A DNA stretch of 36,397 bases from Gemmatimonadota bacterium (GCA_039656095.1 JBDHMQ010000002.1:1-36397); one strand, 5' to 3'. Counted from the stretch's first letter, positions 25,654 through 34,692 are shown. Translations and numbers: made by a program. The notes: a model not told the origin generated them from the letters alone.

Positions 25654-27197
25654 ATACCGTCCGCCTGAGCCGCGTCGTCGCGGCCGTTCTCGGCCTGTCT
25701 GTATTTCTGGTGCTTCCTGTTGCCGCGCAGGACGTGGATAATGGCGAGCTGATCTACGACAAGTGGTGTGCCGAGTGCCATGGTGTGGAGGGGCGCGGCG
25801 ACGGTCCGGCTGCTGACTATATGCTCCCAAGGCCCCGCGACTTCGTGCAGGCCCGATACCAGATCCGCACCACGGCCAACGGCGAATTACCTACCGACGC
25901 AGACATCCTTCAAGTGCTTCAGCTGGGTATGCCGGGCACGACCATGCCGGCTTGGCCAAATCTCAACGATACGGAACGCCGTGATGTCATAGCGTTCATC
26001 AAGAGTTTTTCCCGCTTCTTTGACGGGTCGGATCCACAGTTGCCAGAGGTCGTGTCCGACCCGGGCGGTGGAGCCGATGCCATCGAGTCCGGCCGAACCG
26101 TTTTCGAAACGCTCGAGTGCTGGAAGTGTCACGGAGAATCGGGACGAGGCAGTGGCCAGTCGACAGCGACGCTCGAGGATTGGCGGGAATACCCGATTCG
26201 GGCAGCTGACCTGACGGAACCCTGGATGTTCAACGGCGGCGGCAGCGCTGACGCTATTTACCTTCGGATGATGACAGGCCTGGACGGCACACCCATGCCT
26301 GCCTACAGCGACGCCGTCGATTCGGAGGTCGTGAGCCCGGAAGAGCTGTGGAACGTAGCGCACTACGTAGCGAGCCTGGCCCCGACGCTTGCGCCACGAA
26401 CTGCCGACTTCATCTCCGCGTCCCGCGTCGAGGGAGAGCTGCCGACGGCACCTGATGACGATGTCTGGGCTTCAGCAAAAGCGTTCTATGTTCCGCTCGT
26501 GGGCCAGGTGATCCGCCCGCCGCGAAATTTCGCCCCGACGGTAGACGGGATGTGGATTCGCGCCCTGCACGACGGTTCAAGCGTAGCACTGCACCTGAGT
26601 TGGGGCGATCCGTCCAACAGCCCGGACTCGTCCTGGACCGAGTGGCAGACGAAGGTCGTAGATGCCATGACGCCGGACGGGGCAACGCTGTCGCCCACCG
26701 ATCCGATGACAGACGGAATCGCCGTGCAATTTCCGGCGAGCATCCCGGACGGTACCGAACGCCCGTATTTCTTGATGGGCGAGGCAAATGATCCGGTAAC
26801 GCTATGGACGTGGGACAGTCGATCTGGGGTGGCAGAAGCCAGTGGCCGCGGTCTCGGCCACATCGACGGACTCACGGGAAGCGATCTTAATGCCGAGGCG
26901 CGCTGGAACGAGGGTCACTGGGAGTTGATGCTGACCCGATCAATCGTTTCGGAAGCTGAGGGCGCGATCGATCTGGCCGAAGGCGTTGTGATTCCTGCCG
27001 CGATGTTTGCATGGGACGGTTCGAGCGCCGAGTCGTCGGACCGAGGATCTGTAAGCAGCTGGATCTATTTGTATCTCGAGGAGCCATCTTCTTCCAATGT
27101 CGTCATTGCTCCGATCGTCGCAATCCTGCTCAGCGGAGGGCTGTTGCTCCTGCTGGTCCGGGGTGCGCAGAAGCGCGCGGCGACCGTAGAAATCTAG
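25650..27197 (+). CDS. Di-heme cytochrome c fused to an EB_dh/DOMON-like heme-b domain and C-terminal TM anchor
   Basis: Signal peptide; CAECH and CWKCH; WGDPS...DGIAVQFP...PYFLMG...AWDG pattern of ethylbenzene dehydrogenase gamma-type domains. Confidence 0.87.
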   Translation: MNTVRLSRVVAAVLGLSVFLVLPVAAQDVDNGELIYDKWCAECHGVEGRGDGPAADYMLPRPRDFVQARYQIRTTANGELPTDADILQVLQLGMPGTTMPAWPNLNDTERRDVIAFIKSFSRFFDGSDPQLPEVVSDPGGGADAIESGRTVFETLECWKCHGESGRGSGQSTATLEDWREYPIRAADLTEPWMFNGGGSADAIYLRMMTGLDGTPMPAYSDAVDSEVVSPEELWNVAHYVASLAPTLAPRTADFISASRVEGELPTAPDDDVWASAKAFYVPLVGQVIRPPRNFAPTVDGMWIRALHDGSSVALHLSWGDPSNSPDSSWTEWQTKVVDAMTPDGATLSPTDPMTDGIAVQFPASIPDGTERPYFLMGEANDPVTLWTWDSRSGVAEASGRGLGHIDGLTGSDLNAEARWNEGHWELMLTRSIVSEAEGAIDLAEGVVIPAAMFAWDGSSAESSDRGSVSSWIYLYLEEPSSSNVVIAPIVAILLSGGLLLLLVRGAQKRAATVEI

Positions 27198-27238
27198 GAT
27201 TTTCAGAAGCAAACCTTAGCAACAAACAGGAGGCCAGG

Positions 27239-28096
27239 ATGTCATTCAGGGACTCAACGTGGGTCGCTCTTTTCGCGGCCGTCGCTCTCGGCTGTGGTGG
27301 CGGAGACGGTGACGCGGGCAGCAGTGATGGTGGTGGTGATGCCGGTAGCGATGCACCGGCAGCAGCGCCTGCTGTCGATCCGGCCATAGCGGCCACGGTC
27401 AGTGGTACGGTGAGCTTCACGGGCACCGCACCGGCGGGCACGGCGATCGATATGTCCGAGGAGCCGGCCTGCGCAGAAAAGCACACGACCACGCCGATGA
27501 TCCAGCCCGTACGAGTCGGTGACGGGGGCGGACTTGGCGATGTGTTTGTCTACGTGAAGGAAGGTCTCGGCGACATGACGTTTCCGACGCCGGCAGCCGC
27601 AGCCGTTCTCGATCAGAACGGCTGCGAGTACGCACCGCATGTGGTCGGAGTGATGGCGGGCCAGGATCTCAACATCAGGAACAGCGACCCTGTGCTCCAC
27701 AACATCAACACGCAGCCCGAGATCAATCGCGGCTTTAACGTCAGCCAGCCGCGTGCCGGCATGGAGTCTACCCGGACGTTCCGGGATGCCGAGGTCATGA
27801 TCCCGGTCAAGTGCGACGTCCACGGCTGGATGAACGCGTACATCGGCGTGACAGACAATCCGTACCATGCCGTGTCGTCGGCAGACGGCAGCTTCACGAT
27901 CAGCGGTCTTCCGCCGGGTGAGTATGTGATCGAGGCCTGGCATGCTACGCTCGGCGTATCCACGCAAACCATTACGGTTGGGGACGCGGAGACTGGTACG
28001 GCGGACTTTTCGTTCAGCGAAGACATGGCTGGCGGGCCGGTTCCGATGGGCGAAACCGTCGATCTGGCACACCCGGCAGGCCACACGGCGGGCTGA
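27239..28096 (+). CDS. Lipoprotein with cupredoxin-like and carboxypeptidase-regulatory-like domains
   Basis: AGGAGG RBS; lipobox ALGC; LHNIN...CDVHGWM type-1 copper ligand set; DGSFTISGLPPGEYVIEAWH. Confidence 0.85.
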   Translation: MSFRDSTWVALFAAVALGCGGGDGDAGSSDGGGDAGSDAPAAAPAVDPAIAATVSGTVSFTGTAPAGTAIDMSEEPACAEKHTTTPMIQPVRVGDGGGLGDVFVYVKEGLGDMTFPTPAAAAVLDQNGCEYAPHVVGVMAGQDLNIRNSDPVLHNINTQPEINRGFNVSQPRAGMESTRTFRDAEVMIPVKCDVHGWMNAYIGVTDNPYHAVSSADGSFTISGLPPGEYVIEAWHATLGVSTQTITVGDAETGTADFSFSEDMAGGPVPMGETVDLAHPAGHTAG

Positions 28097-28149
28097 CCGC
28101 TGCAGGACAGCTTGTTCCGAGCAGCAATCTTTTAGAGAGAGAATACGCC

Positions 28150-28833
28150 ATGGATTGGTCGTTTCCGATCAACATCTCCACGCAGGGCGTGGGGATCGAC
28201 AACATGTTCTGGTTGATCTTCTGGATCACCGGCGCCGCCTTCTTAATCGTAGAAGTCGGCGTGCTGTGGTTCCTGTGGAAATACCGGGCTCGCGACGGCC
28301 ACAAGGCCAGATACACGCATGGTCATCTGGGGGCGGAAATCATCTGGACCACGATTCCCGCGGTCACGATGGTCGCCCTGGGCATCATGAGTGGCCAGAT
28401 GTGGGCTGATATTCGCAGCCCGAGTTCGTTCCCGGAGAATGCGCTGACCATAGGCGTCAGCGCGAAGCAGTTCGAATGGAACGTCACGTATCCCGGCGCC
28501 GATCGTGTGCTCGGTAACGAAGACGATTTCACGATCAGGAATCGATTTGAGTTTCCTGTTGATGAACCGGTCATTGTTCGGCTCGAGTCCGAAGATGTCA
28601 TCCATTCCTTCTTCATTCCGGAGATGCGGGTGAAGCAGGACGCCGTACCCGGCATGACGATCCCCATCTGGTTCGAAGCGACCCAGACCGGGGAATTCCA
28701 GATAGCGTGTGCGGAACTATGTGGCCTTGGCCATTACCGCATGAGAGCCCGTGTCGTCGTGCACGAGGCGGATGCATTCAATCGCTGGTACGACGAACAC
28801 ACGGGCGCGGCTCAAGTCGCCGCTGCCGATTAA
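28150..28833 (+). CDS. coxB: Cytochrome c oxidase subunit II
   Basis: Two TM helices; DVIHSF and CAELCGLGHYRM CuA motifs; no fused cytochrome c. Confidence 0.96.
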   Translation: MDWSFPINISTQGVGIDNMFWLIFWITGAAFLIVEVGVLWFLWKYRARDGHKARYTHGHLGAEIIWTTIPAVTMVALGIMSGQMWADIRSPSSFPENALTIGVSAKQFEWNVTYPGADRVLGNEDDFTIRNRFEFPVDEPVIVRLESEDVIHSFFIPEMRVKQDAVPGMTIPIWFEATQTGEFQIACAELCGLGHYRMRARVVVHEADAFNRWYDEHTGAAQVAAAD

Positions 28834-28851
28834 CTGGAGGAAGTTTCGCGT

Positions 28852-30606
28852 ATGGCGACGATGATGGCCGAGCCTACGGGCGTTCCGGTGCGGGTGGAAG
28901 AGCACCCGCAGTCCTTTATACGGAAGTACATTTTCTCGACTGATCACAAGATCATCGGGATACAATTCCTGTTTACATGCTTGTTCTTCCTGCTCATCGG
29001 CGGGTTGTTGGCAGTGATGCTTCGCTTCCAGCTGGGGTTTCCGGGCGCAACGATGCCAGGCGGCAGCCTGCTGCCCGAGACCATGGCACCCGACGGAATC
29101 ATCCTTCCGGAGTTCTACAATTCGCTGGTCACCATGCATGGCACATTCATGGTGTTCTTTGCCGTCATGCCCCTGCTCGTGGGCGTGTACGCGAACTACT
29201 TGATTCCCGTCCAGATCGGGACGCACGACATGGCATTCCCGCGACTCAACATGATGTCGTACTGGATGTTCCTGGTGTCGGGCCTGATCATGCTGTCCAG
29301 CTTCTGGGTAATCGGAGGAGCCTCGGCGTCGGGATGGACGCAGTACGCCCCGCTCAGTGCTTCTCCGGAAGCGTCCGGCGTATCCACTGGCCAGATCTTG
29401 TGGATCGTCAGTATTGCCATATTCGCTTTCAGTTCGCTGCTGGGTTCGGTCAACTACATCACGACGATCATCAATCAGCGTGCGCCGGGAATGACCTGGC
29501 TCCGCCTTCCGCTGGTGATCTGGACCCTGTTCATCACGGCAATACTCGGATTGCTCGCCATCCCTGTGCTCACTGCGGCGTTGATCATGCTGCTGTTCGA
29601 CCAGACGATCGGCACGACATTCTTCCTGCCGGATACGGGTGGCCAGCCTTTGCTCTGGCAGCACCTGTTCTGGTTCTTCGGCCATCCTGAGGTATACATC
29701 CTCATTCTTCCGGGCATGGGATTCGTGTCCGAGATCATCGCGAACGGGTCGCGCAAACCAATCTTTGGTTACAAGAGCATGGTTTACGCGATTATCGCGA
29801 TCGCGGGTCTCGGGTTCATCGTCTGGGGTCACCACATGTTCCAGTCGGGGATGAATCCGGCGCTCGGGATGAGCTTCATGATTACGACCCTGATCATCGC
29901 GGTGCCTTCGGCGATCAAGGTGTTCAACTGGATGGGTACGATGTGGGGCGGATCGATTCGCTTTCACACGCCGTTTCTGTTCGCCGTCGGCTTTGTGATG
30001 CTGTTCGCGATCGGTGGATTCAGCGGCATTTTCATGGCCTCGTCGCCGGTCGACATCTTCATTCACGACACGTATTTCATTGTCGCGCATATTCATTATG
30101 TGCTGTTCGGCGGGAGTCTGTTCGCCATCTTCGGCGCGATTTACTACTGGTTCCCCAAGATGTTCGGGCGGATGATCAACGAGACGGCCGGGAAGATCCA
30201 CTTTTTCCTGACCTTCGTGCTGTTCAACCTTGTATTCTTCCCGATGCATGGTCTAGGAATGGCCGGGATGATGCGTCGCATCTACGAGCCAGCGCAGTAC
30301 GAGCATCTGTCGGGAATCCAGGATACAAACACGATGGTTTCGTGGGCCGCATTCGGCCTGTTCGCTTCCGGGCTGTACTTCATGGTTCTGTTCTTCTGGA
30401 GCCTGTTCAAGGGTAAGCCGGCACCGGAGAATCCCTGGGAAGCCACAACGCTGGAATGGACTCTTCCGTCGCCGCCCATGCACGGCAACTGGAAAGAACT
30501 TCCGACGGTTTATCACGGTCCGTACGAGTACAGTCATCCGGATATGGAAAAAGACTGGCTGCTGCAGAACGAGAGGCCAGATGTCGTTTCGCCGGCACAC
30601 CACTGA
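28852..30606 (+). CDS. coxA: Cytochrome c oxidase subunit I, type A1
   Basis: TDHK, MHG, DMAFPRLN (D channel), GHPEVY, WGHHM, AIKVFNW (K channel), VAHIHYV, GMMRR. Confidence 0.98.
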   Translation: MATMMAEPTGVPVRVEEHPQSFIRKYIFSTDHKIIGIQFLFTCLFFLLIGGLLAVMLRFQLGFPGATMPGGSLLPETMAPDGIILPEFYNSLVTMHGTFMVFFAVMPLLVGVYANYLIPVQIGTHDMAFPRLNMMSYWMFLVSGLIMLSSFWVIGGASASGWTQYAPLSASPEASGVSTGQILWIVSIAIFAFSSLLGSVNYITTIINQRAPGMTWLRLPLVIWTLFITAILGLLAIPVLTAALIMLLFDQTIGTTFFLPDTGGQPLLWQHLFWFFGHPEVYILILPGMGFVSEIIANGSRKPIFGYKSMVYAIIAIAGLGFIVWGHHMFQSGMNPALGMSFMITTLIIAVPSAIKVFNWMGTMWGGSIRFHTPFLFAVGFVMLFAIGGFSGIFMASSPVDIFIHDTYFIVAHIHYVLFGGSLFAIFGAIYYWFPKMFGRMINETAGKIHFFLTFVLFNLVFFPMHGLGMAGMMRRIYEPAQYEHLSGIQDTNTMVSWAAFGLFASGLYFMVLFFWSLFKGKPAPENPWEATTLEWTLPSPPMHGNWKELPTVYHGPYEYSHPDMEKDWLLQNERPDVVSPAHH

Positions 30607-30631
30607 ACGCACCCGGAACGAGAGAGTCTGA

Positions 30632-31234
30632 ATGAGCAGTCACGCTATGGAGGCCGAAGCGAGCCGGTTCGAGCCGGCCACTTTTCAGGTCAATGACAAG
30701 AAACTTGGGATGTGGATCTTTCTTGCATCCGAGGTGATGTTCTTTACCGGTCTGATCGGTGCCTACATCATCCTGCGCTGGGGCGCGGCCAGTCCGTGGC
30801 CAGTGCCAGGCGAGGTGCTGAACGTGCCGATAACAGCAGGAAATACGTTCATCCTCATCTGCTCGAGCGTCACCATGGTCAAGGCGTTTGCGGCCATCGA
30901 AGAAGGCAACCAGAAAATGCTCAAGGTCTGGCTGCTGGCGACTGCATTCATCGGTGCAAGCTTTGTCGGGGTACAGGTGTACGAGTACACCGAGCTCATA
31001 CATCACGGTTTCCTTCCGAGCTCGGGGCTATACGGTTCGGCGTTCTTTACGATGACCGGCTTTCACGGACTGCACGTTACGATCGGCGTCCTGTGTATAC
31101 TCTGGGTCGCGATGAAGGCGTTTCGTGGCAGCTACTCGCAGGCAGATCATCAGGGCGTTGAAATCATCGGTTTGTACTGGCATTTCGTAGATCTCGTGTG
31201 GATCATCCTGTTCACCATTGTCTACCTGATCTGA
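30632..31234 (+). CDS. coxC: Cytochrome c oxidase subunit III
   Basis: MWIFLASEVMFF, TGFHGLHV, YWHFVDLVW. Confidence 0.96.
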   Translation: MSSHAMEAEASRFEPATFQVNDKKLGMWIFLASEVMFFTGLIGAYIILRWGAASPWPVPGEVLNVPITAGNTFILICSSVTMVKAFAAIEEGNQKMLKVWLLATAFIGASFVGVQVYEYTELIHHGFLPSSGLYGSAFFTMTGFHGLHVTIGVLCILWVAMKAFRGSYSQADHQGVEIIGLYWHFVDLVWIILFTIVYLI

Positions 31235-31243
31235 GGCACGGAT

Positions 31244-31516
31244 ATGAGCGCTGAAGGCAAAAAGAAACCCAGGTACATGGCGGTGTTCGGCGGGCTCGCG
31301 GCACTCACTGCAATCGAAGTAGCGGTAGCGTTCATGGGCTTCGAGCGGCGAGCGACCGTGCTACTTCTGATCGGACTCGCGGTCTACAAGGCGTTGCTGG
31401 TCGCCATGTATTTCATGCATTTGAAATGGGAGACGCGGTCGTTGAAGATTTTGGCGGTGGCACCTCTTCTTCCTGCCGCGATCATGGTGATCGTCGTTTT
31501 GATGGAGAACTTCTAG
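31244..31516 (+). CDS. ctaF: Cytochrome c oxidase subunit IV (COX4_pro)
   Basis: LTAIEV, KALLVAMYFMHLKWE. Confidence 0.9.
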   Translation: MSAEGKKKPRYMAVFGGLAALTAIEVAVAFMGFERRATVLLLIGLAVYKALLVAMYFMHLKWETRSLKILAVAPLLPAAIMVIVVLMENF

Positions 31517-31517
31517 C

Positions 31518-31739
31518 TTGACGACGATGTTTTTCGTCGAAGTGGTGGGATACGTATTTCAGGCGACACCGAGTTGTCCGGGCTGTATCGAAACGTCGAG
31601 CCCGACCATGATGTCTGGAATGCTTATCGGACTGGTGCTCCTCATGGCAGCGCCCTTCCTGGTGATATTCGGTATCGGAGGCGGAATCTTTCGGGCCCGC
31701 CGCCGAGCACTTGCCGAAGCCGACGAACGTGAAGGCTGA
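31518..31739 (+). CDS. Small CxxC membrane protein at the end of the cox operon
   Basis: TTG start 1 nt after the ctaF stop; CPGC followed by a TM helix and a basic tail. Confidence 0.65.
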   Translation: MTTMFFVEVVGYVFQATPSCPGCIETSSPTMMSGMLIGLVLLMAAPFLVIFGIGGGIFRARRRALAEADEREG

Positions 31740-31972
31740 AAGCCTGTCGAAGAACTGGGGTGGCCGCGCGAGTATTGCTTGCGCGTGTTCAGAGGAGGAG
31801 AGACGAACTATCAACCGCGCAATCAGCACTCGTCCGAAGGGTTACGGCGGCACAGGGCCGTCTCCTTCGTTGGCGTTCCTATGCGTAGCTTTCGCTATGC
31901 CTGCGTCGCGCCGCTTCGGATGCGCCCCTGTGGCGCTCGTAACGCGGCTCGCCCCAGTTTTTCAACAGGCTT
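31740..31972. mobile_element. Putative MITE (non-autonomous element with terminal inverted repeats)
   Basis: 21-bp TIRs AAGCCTGTCGAAGAACTGGGG / CCCCAGTTTTTCAACAGGCTT (19/21, extendable to about 30 bp); nested internal hairpins; no transposase. Confidence 0.75.
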
Positions 31973-31985
31973 CTAGGAGGATAAA

Positions 31986-32948
31986 GTGGGATCCGACCGA
32001 GCCGTAGTTCGTAGAGGCGCAATCGCAGGTTTGTTGGCTGGCGCTACGTTGATCGTGTTGTTTTTTGCGATGGACCTCATAGCTGGCCGACCACTGGCAA
32101 CGCCGACGTTTCTGGCAGGTGTCCTGTTCGGAGACGCGATGGCGGAAGCAGGATCTCTCCAGATTGGCCTGTACACCGCTACGCATTTTCTCGTGTTCAT
32201 CCTGCTTGGCATCATAGCCGCGCTGTTCTTCACGACATTTGGTGTGCCGCGTAACTTGATGATCGGTGCCGCGTACGGCCTGTTTGCTTGTTCAGCGGTG
32301 TTCTATCCCGCACTGATAATGACCGGCACGGATATCCTGGCGGCACCGGCGTGGCCAGCGGTGTTCTTCGGAAACGTGATAGCTGGCGTGGTGATTGTCG
32401 GCTACCTGCATTGGGTGAGTGACGAGGACGGAATTACAGGGCTCCGGGCTCTCTTGCGAACAAACCCGGTCCTGCGCCAGGGGATTTCTGCGGGGCTAAT
32501 CGGAGCCGGTGTCGTGGCCGTGTGGTTCCTCATCGTCGATTCGGTAGCCGGTCGCCCCCTGTTCACTCCAGCAGCGCTTGGATCGGCGATCTTCAACGGC
32601 GCGGCCGGACCTCCAGGTGTCGAGTTTTCGACGACCACGCTCCTCGGATACACGCTGATGCATATCGCTGCGTTTCTTCTGGCAGGTGTCGTGGCATCCG
32701 TACTCGTAACTCAGGCCGAAAAAGCACCACATCTCGTGTTCGGGATCATCATCCTGTTTATCATCGTCGAAACCTTCTTCATTTTCATGGTTGCGATGCT
32801 GGGCACATGGCTGATGGAAGAACTTGCCTGGTGGTCGGTACTTGTCGGCAACGTCCTCGCGGCAATTTCGATGGGCGGATACCTGCTGAAGGTCCATCCC
32901 GTGTTGAGGGCCGAACTCAGGGACGACAAGCTCTGGGCAGAGCCTTGA
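31986..32948 (+). CDS. Hypothetical 8-TM membrane protein with internal duplication
   Basis: AGGAGG RBS; two repeats of G..AGL.....D..AGRPL.TP..L.....YT..H. Confidence 0.85.
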   Translation: MGSDRAVVRRGAIAGLLAGATLIVLFFAMDLIAGRPLATPTFLAGVLFGDAMAEAGSLQIGLYTATHFLVFILLGIIAALFFTTFGVPRNLMIGAAYGLFACSAVFYPALIMTGTDILAAPAWPAVFFGNVIAGVVIVGYLHWVSDEDGITGLRALLRTNPVLRQGISAGLIGAGVVAVWFLIVDSVAGRPLFTPAALGSAIFNGAAGPPGVEFSTTTLLGYTLMHIAAFLLAGVVASVLVTQAEKAPHLVFGIIILFIIVETFFIFMVAMLGTWLMEELAWWSVLVGNVLAAISMGGYLLKVHPVLRAELRDDKLWAEP

Positions 32949-32963
32949 GCTAGCGGTCGAAGA

Positions 32964-34577
32964 TCAGAAAAAGCGGATACTACTCCCTGCACTGATCACC
33001 AAGCGGCTCCCGGCGATGCCCGGTCCGATCAAATATCCAAAATCTATACGGCCTGATTCTGCGATGGCTCCCAGCCGGGAACTCGTTCGCAAGCCGATTC
33101 CCAACTCGCTACCCCAACGCGAGTCCTGATCCGCAAACCAGGCACCGCCGAAGTCGAAGTACCCTGCGAGGCCCAGGCCGAACTGGTCAAGAATCCTCGG
33201 TAGTGCATACCAACGGTGTTCCACAGTACCCCAAAACGCTCGTGTGCCCACGAATGAATGGGGCTCAAATCCGCGCAGGCCAACAGAAAATCCCAGATCA
33301 AACTCATTGCCGGGCGCAGGATTGCTGAGAACCCCCCCCTGAATCCTGAGCAGGGTCGCGTGGCGATTTCCCGGCAACAAGGCTGCTGTTACCGCTGCAA
33401 CAACTTTTCCAGAATCGAGCCCCGCTGAGTTGAACAGTCCGTTTGCTACGATATCACCGCGCAGCATGACGGGTCCTGTGGATACACCGCCGCGTATCCA
33501 GATGGCCGGTCCAAATCCAGTGCGCGCATACCCAAATCCTGACGGCGCGATTCGAGCTTCGAGAACGATGCTGGTCGAGAGATCCACGTCCTGCTGGTTC
33601 AGTCCGTCCAGGTAACTCACGACGCGAAATTTGGGTCGTTGGAATTGTACAAATAGTCCGACGTCAACGAACACGGAGTCCGGCACAGGCAACAGGGAAT
33701 CGGCCGCTGCCAGAATTCGCTCGTTTCGGTACGTGCTGAGCGCTCCTATGCGAACGGCTTGTCGCGGTGTAGCCGTGATCGCACGCCCGACGTGCAGGTC
33801 CTGACGATATAGATGCTGCCGAAATTCTGTTGTGTCGCGCCTCGTCGGGGAATTCGACCGGTAACGAAGCCGCCGCCGGTCTGCGATTTGTCCGCCAACG
33901 GACACCAGCGTCCGGTCCACCATTGAACGCCAGGGATCACTGACTTGCCATGCACCCGACGAGCCGTCGGAAAGCAGAAATGCGCTACCGGAGATGGTCA
34001 CTTGAGAAGCCAGTAGTCGTCGCCATCTCAACCCCAACTCTGCTCCGTCGCGGTCAACATCCCTGCGATAGGCCCCACTTATTCGATTTCCGGTGCCCAG
34101 GAAGTTCTCCTCAGTGAGGCCGAGCCTGCCCGTCAGTGTTCCATCACTCGCGATTCGTCCACTGATAATCGGCAGCGTGCTCCAGCCGTCTTTCGTGACG
34201 ATCCGGGCAACCAGGCGCCCTTCAACCCTTATCGTATCCACATCTACACGTCGAAAAATGCCGAGTGCACGAAGGTTCCGCTCTGTTTCCGCCAACAGAG
34301 CTGAGTCTGCCGGTTCACCGGCGGCGAACAGGAGTTCTCGGGATACGACCCAGGCGCGGGTCCTCACGCGGAGAGAGTTTGCTGTCCGATACAGCCAGTG
34401 ATCTGCCGCCTCTGCGTCACCAAACACGTTGTCTGTGTCGATGAACACTTCATCAATCAGCGGGGCTGTCGTGCGGTTATGATCATGCTCGGCGGACTCC
34501 TGGGCCATAAGCCCGGGTGCCACGTATAGTATCAGGCCCAGGAGGGCCGTTGAGCGGCTGAAACGTGCAGGTCCCAT
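32964..34577 (-). CDS. Omp85 (BamA/TamA-like) outer-membrane protein with one POTRA domain
   Basis: Signal peptide from ATG 34577; RELLFAAGE...ETERNLRALGIF POTRA; EENFLGTG; GLRGF; FDFGGAW; C-terminal F. Confidence 0.85.
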   Translation of the reverse strand: MGPARFSRSTALLGLILYVAPGLMAQESAEHDHNRTTAPLIDEVFIDTDNVFGDAEAADHWLYRTANSLRVRTRAWVVSRELLFAAGEPADSALLAETERNLRALGIFRRVDVDTIRVEGRLVARIVTKDGWSTLPIISGRIASDGTLTGRLGLTEENFLGTGNRISGAYRRDVDRDGAELGLRWRRLLASQVTISGSAFLLSDGSSGAWQVSDPWRSMVDRTLVSVGGQIADRRRLRYRSNSPTRRDTTEFRQHLYRQDLHVGRAITATPRQAVRIGALSTYRNERILAAADSLLPVPDSVFVDVGLFVQFQRPKFRVVSYLDGLNQQDVDLSTSIVLEARIAPSGFGYARTGFGPAIWIRGGVSTGPVMLRGDIVANGLFNSAGLDSGKVVAAVTAALLPGNRHATLLRIQGGVLSNPAPGNEFDLGFSVGLRGFEPHSFVGTRAFWGTVEHRWYALPRILDQFGLGLAGYFDFGGAWFADQDSRWGSELGIGLRTSSRLGAIAESGRIDFGYLIGPGIAGSRLVISAGSSIRFF

Positions 34578-34692
34578 GGCGTCCTGAATCGAGCGGTTAC
34601 GAACTGGTGTCCCGACAGCATGCAAGCTCGAACAACCTATCACTTTGTGAACATATTGTTCGCATTGCTGTTGAGGCACTATATTACATTCA

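Noticed and set aside
25650-27197. Nitrite oxidoreductase or ethylbenzene dehydrogenase complex
   Set aside because: No DMSO-reductase-family alpha or Fe-S beta subunit in the window; the xdh genes belong to a different molybdoenzyme family.
28717-30249. 510-aa minus-strand ORF (and similar long shadow ORFs such as 8486..9499, 22699..23397 and 27254..28084)
   Set aside because: Antisense shadows of well-supported genes, expected from GC-rich codon bias; no recognisable motifs.
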